Source: Scyliorhinus canicula (Eukaryota). Taken from it: 64,000 nucleotides of DNA. A program made the translations under genes and the position numbers. Location of the stretch: positions 202,565,294 through 202,629,293 of the forward strand of contig NC_052148.1 of assembly GCF_902713615.1 (NCBI RefSeq), given 5' to 3'. The notes beneath the pieces are model-generated. The model was given only the letters and a program-made list of their open reading frames with translations, made no database searches and was not told the DNA's origin. Of this stretch, positions 38,777 through 51,070 are shown in pieces (within the stretch, counting starts at the first letter, position 1; every line of letters starts with the position of its first letter).

Positions 38777-41520
38777 TTACAGGTTCAGTCGGTCCGGAGC
38801 CTTGATCTGGCGCTGGGAGCGCCAACGTGGTAGCAGCGATTCCGGTGTTGGTCTGGTCCTCGGTGACTCCTGGAGTGTGCCAAAATCCTCGTCATCCTCG
38901 GGCGTGGGCAGGGGGAGGATGGATTGTCCTGGAGCGGGGGCTGCGGCTGGGTACGGCGGGGAATGGGAGGGTGGCGCCAGGCCGGATGGGTGTGTGTATG
39001 TGGAACCTGCTGGTGCCAGGTCCCTGAGGGAGACAGTATCTTGGCGGCCGTCGGGGTACGCTACATAGGCGTACTGTGGGTTGGCGTGGAGTAGCTGTAC
39101 CCTTTCAACCAACGGGTCCACCTTGTGGAGTCGTACGTGCTTACGGAGGAGTACGGGTCCTGGAGCTGCGAGCCAAGTCGGGAGCGACACCCTGGAGGTG
39201 GACTTCCTGGGGAAGGCAAAGAGACGTTCATGGGGTGTGTCGTTAGTGGCGGTGCATAGGAGCGACCGAATGGAGTGCAGGGCATCGGGGAGAACCTCCT
39301 GCCAGCGGGAGGCCGGGAGATTTCTGCACCATAGGGCCAGCTGGACAGCCCTCCAGACCGTCCCATTCTCCCTCTCCACCTGCCCGTTTCCCCGGGGGTT
39401 ATAGCTGGTCGTCCTGCTCGAGGCGATACCCTTGTTGAGCAGGAACTGACGCAGCTCATCGCTCATGAATGAGGATCCCCTGCCGCTGTGGACGTAGGCG
39501 GAGAAGCTGAACAGAGCGAAGATGGTGTTAAGGGCTTTGATGACGGTGACAGACATCATATTAGGGCATTGGATCGCGAAGGGGAATCTGGAGTACTCAT
39601 CGACCACGCTGAGGAAGTACGTGTTATGGTCAGTGGAGGGGAGGGGCCCTTTGAAGTCCACACTGAGGCGTTCAAAGGGGGAGGCGGCGCGCACGGTTCA
39701 GCTGGTATAAGTGCGGTTTGCACTCTGCACAGACCTGGCAGTCTCTGGTGATGGCCCTGACTTCCTCGATGGAGTAGGGCAGATTGTGGGCCTTGATGAA
39801 GTGGTACAACCATGTGACTCCCGGGTGACAAAGATTGTCATGCAGAGTCCGGAGTCAGTCCACTTGTGCGCTGGCACATGTACCTCGGGATAGGGCATCA
39901 GGGGGCTCATTGAGCTTACCGGGGCGATACAAAATCTCGTAGTTGTAGGTGGAGAGCTCGATCCTCCACCTCAAGATTTTATCGTTTTTCAAATTTGCCC
40001 CGCTGTGTGTTGTTAAACATGAAAGCTACCAACCGTTGGTCAGTGAGGAGAGTGAATCTCCTGCCGGCCAGGTAATGCCTCCAATGCCGCACAGCTTCAA
40101 CGATGGCTTGGGCCTCTTTTTCGACGGAGGAGTGCCGGATTTCGGAGGCATGAAGGGTTTGTGAAAAGAATGCCACGGGCCTGCGGCCTGGTTGAGAGTG
40201 GCAGCCAGAGCGACGTCTGATGCGTCGCTCTTGACTTGAAATGGTAACGTCTCGTCGACTGCGTGCATCGCAGCCTTGGCGATTCGGCCTTAATACAGTT
40301 GAAGGCCTGGTGAGCCTCGGCCATTAGGGGAAAAAGAGTGGATTGGATGAGTGAGCGGGCCTTGTCCACATCATTTGGGACCCACTGGCGTAGTAAGAAA
40401 AGAACCCCAGGCAACGTTTGAGGGCCTTGGGCAGTGGAGGAGGGGGAGTTCCATGAGGGGGCGCATGCGGTCGGGATCGGGCCCCAGAACTCCATTCTGG
40501 ACCAAATAGCCAAGGATCGCTATGCGGTTCGTGCTGAACACACACTTCTCCTTGTTGTAATGTTGAGGAGAGTGGCGGTGTGGAGAAATTTGGCACGGTT
40601 GGCGTCATGGTCCTGCTCATTGTGGCCGCAGATGGTGACATTGTCAAGGTACGGGAAGGTGGCCTGCAGCCCGTACCGGTCGACCATGCGGTCCATTTCC
40701 TGTTGGAAGACCGAGACCCCGTTGGTGACGCCGAAGGGAATCCTGAGAAAGCGGTAAAGGCGGCCATCTGCCTCGAAGGCAGTGTATGGGCGGTCCGCCT
40801 TACGGATGGGGAGCTGGTGGTAGGTGGATTTTAGATCCACAGTTGAGAAGACCCGGTACTGTGCAATCTGATTGACCATATCAGATATGCGTGGGAGGGG
40901 GTTTGCGTCGAGCTGCGTGTACCGATTGATGGTCTGGCTGTACTCCACGACCATTCGGTGTTTCTCCCCAGTTTTCACCACTACCACTTGGGCTCTCCAG
41001 GGGTTGTTGCTGGCCTCGATGATGCCTTCCCGAAGCAGCCGCTGGACCTCGGACCTGATGAAGGTCCTGTCCTGAGCGCTGTACCGTCTGCTCCTGGTGC
41101 CGACGGATTTGCACTCTGGGGTTAAGTTTGCAAATAGGGAAGGTGGGTCGACCTTTAGGGTCGCGAGGCCGCACACAGTAAGGGATGGTAGGGGCCCGCC
41201 AAATTTCAATTTAGGCTCTGGAGGTTGCTCTGGAAGTCCAGGCAGTGTAGTAAGGCAGCGCAGGGGTTGGGAAGGACGTAGAGGCGGAAGCCGGTAAACT
41301 CCATTCCCTGGACAGTGAGAGTGGCTATGCAGTACCGCCGGATCGCCACGGTGTGGGACCTGGAGGCCAGGGAGATTCTCTGATTGACGGGGTGTACCGC
41401 GAGGGAGCAGCGCCTTACCGTATCGGGATGGGTGAAGCTCTCGGTGCTCCCGGAGTACAGCAGACAGGAGATCTCGTGCCCATCAATTTTCATGTTTGTA
41501 GAGGCGGTTGCTAGGTTGTG
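38777..41520 (-). pseudogene. Gypsy A pol (PR-RT-RH-IN), frameshifted
   Basis: ORF pieces 41206-41637, 40520-41209, 39979-40268 and 38777-39694. Confidence 0.93.
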
Positions 41521-42193
41521 TGGGCGAGACTGGTCAATCGTGACCGAGGCGAGACGCGACTGGTCGTCGATGGTAGCAGACGATGGGATGCCTGGGGGGC
41601 ATGGGTCCTGTACGATGGCAGCGCACACGGGCCGCACGTGTCATGGGGAAGACAAGATGGCGGCGTTTGATGCTCCTGGGGAGGACAAGATGGCGGTGCC
41701 CACTGCCCGCACATGGTGGGTGTTGAACAAGATGGCGGTGCCCACGGGCCGCACGTGGTCCGAAGAGGGGAAGATGGTGGCGCCCACTGGCCGTACAATG
41801 GAAGGGTCGGATCAATAGCGGCGACTGAGCGGGCCTGGCACACCGCAGTGAAGTGTCCCTTCTTGCTGCAGGCCTTACAAAGGGCACTCCGGGCCGGGCA
41901 GCGTTGTCGGGGGTGTTTTGGTTGCCCATAGAAGTAACATCTGGGGCCCCCAGGGTTGGTTGGCTGAGTGGGGTCCCCGATGGGGCGGCCGTCTGCAGAG
42001 TCCACGATGCGTAGGAGTGGGCCGCGCGGCCGGGGGTTTAGGCCTGGAAGTTGCGCGAGGCGATCGTCAGTGAGAGCGGAAGTTTTTTGGTTGCTGCGAG
42101 GTCGAGCGTGGCCCCTTCTAAAACGCACTGTCGGATGTAATCTGACCCTATCCCCGTAACAAAAGCGTCCCTCATAAGCAAGTTCAAGTGTAC

Positions 42194-43057
42194 GGAAGGA
42201 TGTTGCAGGTTACAGAGGGACATAGATAAGCTGCAGAGCTGGGCTGAGAGGTGGCAAATGGAGTTTAATGTGGAGAAGTGTGAGGTGATTCACTTTGGAA
42301 AGAATAACAGGAATGCGGAATATTTGGCTAATGGTAAAATTCTTGGTAGTGTGGATGAGCAGAGGGATCTCGGTGTCCATGTACATAGATCCCTGAAAGT
42401 TGCCACCCAGGTTGATAGGGTTGTGAAGAAGGCCTATGGTGTGTTGGCCTTTATTGGTAGAGGGATTGAGTTCCGGAGCCATGAGGTCATGATGCAGCTG
42501 TACCAAACTCTGGTACGGCCGCATTTGGAGTATTGCGTACAGTTCTGGTCGCCTCATTATAGGAAGGACGTGGAAGCTTTGGAACGGGTGCAGAGGAGAT
42601 TTACCAGGATGTTGCCTGGTATGGAGGGAAAATCTTATGAGGAAAGGCTGATGGACTTGAGGTTGTTTTCGTTAGAGAGAAGAAGGTTAAGAGGTGACTT
42701 AATAGAGGCATACAAAATGATCAGAGGGTTAGATAGGGTGGACAGCGAGAGCCTTCTCCCGCGGATGGAGGTGGCTAGCACGAGGGGACATAGCCTTAAA
42801 TTGAGGGGTAATAGATATAGGACAGAGGTCAGAGGTGGGTTTTTTACGCAAAGAGTGGTGAGGCCGTGGAATGCCCTACCTGCAACAGTAGTGAACTCGC
42901 CAACATTGAGGGCATTTAAAAATTTATTGGATAAGCATATGGATGATAAGGGCATAGTGTAGGTTAGATGGCCTTTATTTTTTTTTTTCCATGTCGGTGC
43001 AACATCGAGGGCCGAAGGGCCTGTACTGCGCTGTATCGTTCTATGTTCTATGTTCTA
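42194..43057 (+). mobile_element. Young 5'-truncated CR1 inserted in Gypsy A gag
   Basis: Uninterrupted 234-aa ORF2 C-terminus (42258-42962), (gttctat)n tail and tgtac at both junctions. Confidence 0.95.
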
Positions 43058-43463
43058 TGTACCGTGGCCGTGACGGCCTGACAGTCACAGTCTCTGACTA
43101 GGGGGATTACAGCATGCCAGAAATCTTCCACAGACTCACCCTGGAGTTGACTACGAGTGAAGAGGATGTGTCAGGCGTAAAGCGTGTTAGTCCGCTGAGC
43201 GTAGTTTTCTTTCAGTAGCACCATGGCGTCATCATAAGTCGGCATGTTCTGGATAAGCGGAAAGACTTTGGAGCTCAGCCGCATGTAGAGGATCTGAATC
43301 TTCTGAGCTTCTGGAATTGGGTCTGGTGCAGACCTGACGTAAGCTTCGAAACAGGCTAGCCAATGTTCAAAGTCCTTTTTGGCGTCGCTTGATTGGGGAT
43401 CCAGCTGCAGGCAATCCGGCTTGATGCAGAGGTCCATCTTCTGAAAACTTTAGTGTATTAAAT

Positions 43464-43692
43464 TGATCAATGATCAATTACACAAAGACGAGAATTGAAT
43501 GCAATCGAGGCTTTAATGCACTAAGATGTGTGGCCTCATGCAGCAGCTGGCGAAATGGCTGCTGTACGGGGAGCACACATATTTATACTCCGCCTACTGG
43601 GAGGAGCCAGCAGGCAGGGAACTACCCCCGTACCTGTAGTACAGGGCCTTACCACAAATAACCTAATATATACATCAGTGGTGACTACCACA
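43464..43692 (-). repeat. 5' LTR of Gypsy A
   Basis: Lies upstream of the gag ATG at 43437, with TATAAA and ATTAAA on the minus strand. Confidence 0.95.
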
Positions 43693-43814
43693 AGCTGAGG
43701 TTGTGAAAGAAAGTAGACTGGCATCAAACAGCATTCCATGCTAATCGCAAAGTGCCTACTCTGCATATCGCTAGCAGACGCTTCCATGCTGTTCAATTTT
43801 CCTACCCGAACTGC

Positions 43815-44110
43815 GAATTTATAATCTTTATTATACAAGTAGACTTACATCAACACTGCAATGAAGTTACTATGAATGACCCCAGTCACCACATTCCGGC
43901 GCCAAGTCGGGTAGACAGAGGAAGAATTCAGAATGTCCAAATTACCTAACAGCACGTCTTTTGGGATGTAGGAGGAAACCGGAGCACCCGGAGGAAACCC
44001 ACACAGACATAGGGAGAACATGCAGACTCCACACAGTGACCCAAGCCGGGAATTGAACCTGGGACTCTGGAGCTGTGAAGCAACAGTGCTACCAACTGTG
44101 CTATCGTGTT
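43815..44110 (-). mobile_element. V-SINE type 2 inserted in the older Gypsy gag
   Basis: Matches 29762-30071 and splits gag between AIAM and EASA. Confidence 0.85.
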
Positions 44111-45079
44111 GCATAGCGATTGCAACTTCTAAAGCCTTCTGGAGGTTTAAATTGCTTTCTGTTAACAACCTTTTCTGGATAACTTTGCGTCTTAACCCAC
44201 ACACTGATCTGTCTCTAATGGTGTTGTTCAAGGCATCTCCAGATTCACAGTATTCAGCTAATTTATTCAAAGTAGTGTGATTGATTCATCCTCTTGTTGG
44301 GCACGTTTATGGAACCTGAACCTCTGGGCGATGACCAATGGTTTAAGTGAGGAGTGACGCTGCAATATCAATATCTCCACAATCTCATCATTGGTTTTCA
44401 AGCCTGTTTTTTTTGGCTTCATCAGACTTCGCAGGAGGTTGAATGTGCCCTGACCCCCCCCCCCCCCCCCCCCACCCCCCACCCCCAACCTCCCCATTGT
44501 ACTCAGAAACGTTGGGACTACAATATCTGCTACAATTTTGTTCGTTTGGACAAAATAATTTAATATTTCAGAATATGAACTCCACTGCTCAGTGTTCTCA
44601 TCATACAGTCCCATTACTCTGGAAAGGGCTTGCATAAGGATGTGCCACAAGGATTTTGGCACTACCTTGCTTTTCTTTTCAGACAAGGTATCCCTGAGCT
44701 CAGCCTGTTTCCTTCCGGGTTTTGGAACACTCCCAGCTCTAAACTATTGTCGCAGGGTACTTGTTACTGACAGTGTTTCCTATGCTGTTCTAGATCTTCC
44801 CAGACAGAGCATGTGGCAATCTTCTTTTTGATGTTGCTTCCTTCGAAATCTAGGTTTAAATTTTGGTTCCTTCTATGGCTGTTACCAGTACTAGGGACCT
44901 CTCCTTCTCCAGATTTGGTGTAGCAAGATTTTTAGCTTCTTAATCCTTTTCAGATGTCTGCACACGGATTGACAATTTTTCTATTTTTTATCTACTTCTC
45001 CGGGAGTCTGCCAGCATCTGTCCACCTCGGTGCCAGTTTTCTCTGTGTTACTTTTTAAAGGGTAGGTTTGCAGACCCCT

Positions 45080-45305
45080 GGGCAGCACGGTGGCACAGTG
45101 GTTAGCATTGTTGCCTACGGCGCTGAGGACCCGGGTTCGAATCCCGGCCCTGGGTCACTGTCCGTGTGGAGTTTGCACGTTCTCCCCGTGTTTGCGTGGG
45201 TTTCACCCCCACAACCCAAAGATGTGCAGGTTAGGTGGATTGGCCACGCTAAATTGCCCCTTAATTGGAAAAACATTATTGGGTACGCTAAATTTAAAAA
45301 AAAAA
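45080..45305 (+). mobile_element. Short A-tailed V-SINE (type 3)
   Basis: 16-bp TSD aggtttgcagacccct. Confidence 0.95.
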
Positions 45306-45707
45306 AGGTTTGCAGACCCCTAAGGTACATACAACAAACAGGTTTATTGGAAATGTGTTTCCTCTACATTCTGTAAAGATGGACTGCCCATTTGCCCACG
45401 CCCATTTGCCCATGATGTCATCAATACATGATGTGATCAGACTCTTAAAGTGACCTTGTTACAACTAGGAACAAACATGAATACACAACAGTCTAAACTT
45501 ACAAATGGTGAAAGGCAAGTTAGACTGCTGTGTCCATAGAAACCATACCTCAGCATGAAACAACTGTCTTCAAAAGTGGGGGAAGAATAACATTTGAGGA
45601 AAATGCTGTACAGTTCTCTAATTTTACTTTGTGGATATGCTTCCAACAATCTTTGGCATTCCAAGGCTGTAAGGCATGAAGTAGGAAAGTATTGTTATAT
45701 GATGCAC

Positions 45708-45930
45708 CCCTGCTCAGTTGGCTGGACAGTCGGTTCGTGAAGCAGAGCTTACAGCGCGGGTTCAATTTCCATACCGGCTGAGATTATTCATGAAGGCCTC
45801 GCCTTCTCAACCTTGCCCCTTTCCTGAAGTGTGGCGATCCACAGGTTAAATCACCACCAGTTAGCTCTCCCCCTCAAAGGAGAAAGCAGCCTATGGTCAT
45901 CTGGGACTATGGCACCTTTACTTTACTTCA
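45708..45930 (+). mobile_element. Type-5 tRNA-derived SINE
   Basis: Matches 33050-33260. Confidence 0.75.
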
Positions 45931-46882
45931 AATTACCCATTTGCAAGTTCTTGTATTTAACGCGCCAATCATACAACTGTTCGCTCTGTAAAGCCTGCTT
46001 CTGACGTCAGGTCAATGATGAAAATATATAATCAGGTAATTTCAGTAAATGGGATCCTAAATTTTCAATGTGGAAAATTGTTTGCAACATTTACTATAAG
46101 GACATTTTTGGTAAAAATCAATAGAAAGGTATTTTGATTGAAATATTTAAGAAAAAAAATCAATTACCCAAAGTGGAACTCAAAATGACGATTCTGGGAT
46201 TCAACATCCCCAATAAATGAGCCAAAGCCTGCAGAAGGAGTAGGAGAGAGGATAAGTTAACTGAAAGGATAGGAACATCTAACAAAATCTCTAACAGAAG
46301 TTGTGCTAGTTTCTCGGTATGCCAATTTTTCACCTTGAATACCACTTATAATGACATAGGTAGAAACAGGTATTTGGCCTAACAGGTCTCTGCCAGTGTT
46401 CCTGCTCCAAAAGAGCCTCCATCTTAACGTTTACATCTGACAATATCAGCACAGCCTTCTATTTCTTCCTCGCTGATTTGTTGATCTTGATTCCCTTTAA
46501 ATGAATCTAATCTATTTGACTCAACTTCTGATAGCAGTGATGTGGAGATGCAGGCGTTGGACTGGGGTGGGCACATTAAGCACAGTGAGCACTGTCATCC
46601 AACACCAGGTTAAAGTCCAACAGGTTTGTTTCACATCACAAACTTTCGGATTACTGCTCCTTCCTCAGGTGGATGAAGAGGGAGGTTCCAGAAACATATA
46701 TATATACAAAGTCAAGGATGCAAGACGATATTTTGAATGCGAACATTTGCAGGTAATTAAGTCTTTACAGATCCAGAGAGAGGGGTAACCCCAGGTTAAA
46801 GAGGTGTGAATTGTCTCAAGCCAGGACAGTTGGTAGGATTTCGCAAGCCCAGGCCAGATGGTAGGGGGTGAATGTAATGCGA

Positions 46883-47541
46883 CCTCCTCAGAAGACAAAC
46901 ACAAGATGCAGCCAACAGAGTACCCTTCGTCGTCCAGTACTTCCCCGGAGCGGACAAACTACGACAGCTTCTTCGCAGCCTTCAACACGTCATCGATGAA
47001 GACAAACATCTTGCCAAGGCCATCCCACAGCCCCGCTACTTGCCTTCAAACAACTGCGTAACCTCAAACAAACCATTGTTTGCAGCAAACTACCCAGTCT
47101 TCAGAACAGTGACCACGACATCACACAACCCTGCCATGGCAATCTCTGCAAGACGGGCCAGATCATAAACATGGGTACCACCATTACACGTGAGAACACC
47201 GCCCACCAGGTACGCGGTACATACTCGTGCGACTCGGCCAACGTTGTCTATCTCATACGCTGCAGGAAAGGATGTCCCAAAGCGTGGTACATTGGTGAGA
47301 CCATGCAGACGCTGCTACAATGGATGAACATCGTGCGACAATCGGCAGGCAGGAATGTTCCCCTCCAGTTGGGGAACACTTCAGCAGTCAAGGGCATTCA
47401 GCCTCTGATCTCCGGGTAAGCGTTCTCCAAGGCGGCCTTCAGAACGTGCAACAGCGCAGGATCGCCAAGCAGAAATTTATAGCCAAGTTCCGCACACATG
47501 AGTACGGCCTCAACCAGAACATTGGATTCATGTCGCATTAA
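46883..47541 (+). pseudogene. PLE ORF C-terminus with GIY-YIG endonuclease
   Basis: RVPFVVQYFPG, CDSANVVYLIRCRKGCPKAWYIGET, PVGEHF and YGLN motifs, frameshifted. Confidence 0.92.
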
Positions 47542-47737
47542 CCATTCACACCCCACCATCTGGCCTGGGCTTGCGAAATCCTAGCAACTGTCCTGGTTTG
47601 AGACAATTCACACCTCTTTAACCTGGGATTACCCCTCTCTCTGGATCTGTAAAGATTTAATTACCTGCAAATGCTCGCATTCAAAGTATTGTCTTTGTCT
47701 ATATATATGTTTCTGGAACCTATTTCTTCATTCACCT

Positions 47738-47932
47738 GTAAGAAGTCTTACAACACCAGGTTAAAGTCCAACATGTTTGTTTCAAACACAAGCTTTGGGA
47801 GCACTGCTCCGTTCACCTGAGGAAGGAGCAGTGCTCCAAAAGCTTGTGTTTGAAACAAACATGTTGGACTTTAACCTGGTGTTGTAAGACTTCTTACTGT
47901 GCTCACCCCAGTCCAACGCCGGCATCTCCACG
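47738..47932 (+). mobile_element. Fold-back PLE mini-element (195 bp) nested in the PLE terminus
   Basis: Inverted arms of about 73 bp plus a tail. TSD tcattcacct (47728-47737 / 47933-47942). Confidence 0.9.
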
Positions 47933-47936
47933 TCAT

Positions 47937-47973
47937 TCACCTGAGGAAGGAGCAGTGCTCCGAAAGCTAGGGA
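47937..47973 (+). ncRNA. Minimal hammerhead ribozyme motif in the PLE terminus
   Basis: UCAC-CUGAGGA-A-GGAGC-AGU-GCUCC-GAAA-GC-UA-GGGA, with one stem I mismatch. Confidence 0.72.
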
Positions 47974-48303
47974 TTTGAAACAAACCTGTTGGATTTTAAC
48001 CTGGTGTTGTAAGACTTCTTACTGTTCTTATAGCAAGTTTCACATTCTAATTCTCCAGAATTTTCAATTGAATTTATTGGTGGATATCTTACATTTGCGC
48101 TCTCCAGATGTTACTGCAGCGAGTTCTTTTGAATCTTTGAAAGTCTGGTGGAGTGATGAAGAATGACACTGCAAGCTACTTGTCCAGAGAGTACCCTGAA
48201 TAAGGTAGCTATGTGACACTGAGAAAACCAATAAAAGGTGACTTTTGTTCTATTTATTAAATGGGAGTAAAGGTACTTCCAGTTGCCCAACAGAAATAAT
48301 GTT

Positions 48304-48526
48304 TTTTAAAATAATTTTAGAGTGCCCAATTCAGTTTTTCCAAATAAGGGGCAATTTAGCGTGACCAATCCACCTACCCTGCACATCTTTGGGTTGTGGG
48401 GACGAAACCCACGCAAACACGGGGAGAATGTGCAAACTCCACACGGACAGTGACCCAGAGCCGGGATTGAATCTGGGACCTCAGCGCCGTGAGGCGCAGG
48501 GCTACCACTGCGCTACCCTGCTGCCC
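48304..48526 (-). mobile_element. Short A-tailed V-SINE (type 3)
   Basis: 16-bp TSD caacagaaataatgtt. Confidence 0.92.
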
Positions 48527-48559
48527 TACAACAGAAATAATGTTGATGTAAACAGAAGT

Positions 48560-48870
48560 GTGGCACGGTAGCACAGTGGTTAGCACTGTTGCTTCACAGC
48601 ACCAGGGTCCCGGGTTCGATTCCTGCTTGGGTCATTGTCTGTGCGGAGTCTTCACGTTCTCCCCGTGTCTGCGTGGGTTTCCTCCGGGTGCTCCAGTTCC
48701 CTCCCACAAGTCCCAGAAGACGTGCTGTTAGGTGAATTACACACTCTGAATTCTCCTTCTGTGTACCCGAACAGGTGCCAGAGTGTGGCAACTGGGGCTT
48801 TTCACAGTAACTTAATTGCAGTGTTAACGTAAGCTTACTTGTGACAATAAAAAAAGATTATTGTTATTGT
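48560..48870 (+). mobile_element. V-SINE type 2
   Basis: Matches 3374-3695. Confidence 0.88.
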
Positions 48871-49321
48871 TTAACTTGGACTGTGAAATGAAGAAGGATA
48901 TCAATTAATCAGATCTGAGATTAGGTATGAGATAGGAACTGTTTCTCTAGAAAAGGCTTTTGGCAAATCCAATGAATGCTTTGCTGATTAATTTCTTTAT
49001 AAAATAATGAGTCAAGAATTATTGAATGTGGTTAAAGTAAATATAGATAGAGGTTACCATGTTAAAAAGTAAACCTTTTTTTCAGGGGCTAGGCTGAGGC
49101 CTGTGGCTCAAAACATGTCTTAAGGTTGAAAATAAAATGGGGTTGAATTTTTCTGGGTGTTTTCTCAGCCACCAGAATCTCAACTGAAACCTTGTTATGT
49201 TGGCAGAGAGGGAGAGGTCCAGAGTAAATCCCACCCTTAATATTAATCAGAAAGTAGGGATGCCGTTATGTTCTAGTACGTTGCAATGACTGAGTCAGTG
49301 CACCAAAGAACATCTAGTTCA

Positions 49322-49545
49322 GGGGCAGCACGGTGGCACAGTGGGTTAGCACAGCTGCCTCACGGCGCCGAGGTCCCAGGTTCGATCCCGGCTCTGGGTC
49401 ACTGTCTGTGTGGCGTTTGCACATTCTCCCCGTGTTTGCGTGGGTTTCGGCCCCACAACCCAAAGATGTGCAGGGTAGGTCAATTGGCCACGCTAAATTG
49501 CCCCTTAATTGGAAAAAATGAATTGGGTACTCTAAATTTAAAAAA
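49322..49545 (+). mobile_element. Short A-tailed V-SINE (type 3)
   Basis: 17-bp TSD aaagaacatctagttca. Confidence 0.95.
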
Positions 49546-51070
49546 AAAGAACATCTAGTTCATGACTCGTTAAGGTTTATTAAATTACAATAACGTGTGT
49601 AGAAAACAATACTAATACTACTAACGAACTGTGAACTGGAATACGAGAGCTAATACTATCCACAAAGACTCCTCACCCAGACTCCCGAGGTTGCAGTGTC
49701 ACGTGGTGTAATTCTACTGCCACCTGCTGGTTGGAGGTCTAACTATTAACACACAGAATTGCTTATGCATATCATTATAGACACCAAGTGTGTTATAAAT
49801 GCTGTAATTGTAGGATGGAGTGAGGCCCAAGGGAAGGAATAGTTGTAGTCTTGAGGGGCTGAAAAGAGAACAAGTTCGGAGACTGTGCAATGTGTCTTGA
49901 TTATGGAGAGTTCTTGAGCTGCTGAATTTGGAAATTTTATACCACCGAAAGCAATGTGGCTGTAGCAGCTACTGTAACTCTGACAGTAACTCTGTATTTT
50001 TTCACTGTTCGGGTATGTGGTGGCTTCTTTTCACTCTAGCTACTATTTCTCTCAACTTGGTAATTAAACCACAGTTATTTTTGAAATGGTGACAACTTAT
50101 TTTTGTAAACACCAAGGCATTTATTCCATGCCTTCCTGTACACCAATTATTTTAAAATATTTAAATTCAATTTTCAGATATTCTACCATTTTAAACACAC
50201 AATACAACAAAGAAAAAACAACACAAACCCTCCCCCCCAAACCCCCAGCCCCTGTAACCTCAACCAAACACCCCAGTTTGCCCCCCTCTTAACAGCTGAT
50301 GGTAACCAGATCCTTGAAATGTAATACAAACAAACCCCATCTCTTACGTAACCCCCTCACTTTCCCCCTTCAAAGCAAATTTCACCTTTTCCCGATACAA
50401 AAACTCCATTAGATCCCCCAGCCACACCGAGGCACAGGGCGGAGAAGCTGACCTCCACCCTAACTGGACCCGTCTGTGAGCGATCAACGAGGCAAAGGCT
50501 AAAGCATCCGCCCCGCTCCTGTCTGCAGCTCCAGCAAGTCCGTCATCCCAAATATGGCCTCCAGGGGACTGGGCTCCAAATCCATGTGCAAGATCACCGA
50601 AATAGTGCTGGAGAATGACCTCCAAAATTACTCCAACTTAGGGCAGGACCAGAACATATGCACATGATGGGCTGGGCCCTGCCCACATCGTTCACAAATA
50701 TCCTCCACCTCCTCAAACAGCCGGCTCATCCTTGACTTTGTCAGGTGCGCTCTATGTACTACCTTTAGCTTTATCAACTCCGGCCTCGCGCTCGAGGTTG
50801 AAGCATTCACCCTCCACAGCACTTCACACTACAACCCCTCCTCCAGCGCCATCCCCAACTCCTCGTCCCACTTGGCCTTAACCACCCCCCCCTCCAGAGA
50901 TGCTATATCCTTCTCCAAAATCCTTCCATAGATTGCCGAAAAGACCCTCCACCCCCCTCCAGCCAATCACCAACAGAAGCCCCTCCAACAATGAAGAAGG
51001 TGGTGCCACCGCAAAAGTTGGAAAAACATTTTTCATGAAATCCCGCATCTACATACACATTTTTGTGGGG

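Larger units (their letters stand above)
38401..43692 (-). mobile_element. Full-length Gypsy LTR retrotransposon, copy A (decayed gag-pol)
   Basis: 229-bp LTRs, TSD AGCTG and PPT aacaggggctgaa. Domains run gag (MDLCIKPD..., CCHC knuckle), protease (LYSGST), RT (DLKSTYHQ, PFGV, YLDN), RNase H and integrase (DFKGP, NGQVER), in Gypsy order. Confidence 0.97.
43720..45490 (-). mobile_element. Older Gypsy remnant: probable LTR, TGG-type PBS and gag
   Basis: gag YDENTEQWSSY...RFRFHKRAQQEDESI...LAEYCE...IRDRSVCGL...QKRLL. A PBS-like tggcaccgagg lies at 45025-45035 and an LTR-like segment at about 45044-45490. Confidence 0.75.
46537..48024. mobile_element. Penelope-like element with inverted pseudo-LTRs
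   Basis: 46537-46882 is an inverted copy of about 47532-48024 plus a tail. A GIY-YIG domain lies between them. TSD ttctgatagca / ttcttatagca. Confidence 0.92.

Noticed and set aside
42258-42962. Intact 234-aa ORF as a host gene or Gypsy accessory gene
   Set aside because: It is the C-terminus of a 5'-truncated CR1 ORF2 with the CR1 tail, and it is absent from Gypsy B.
49262-49785. Possible additional solo LTR around the SINE at 49322
   Set aside because: The composition is LTR-like, but I could not define TG...CA termini or a TSD.
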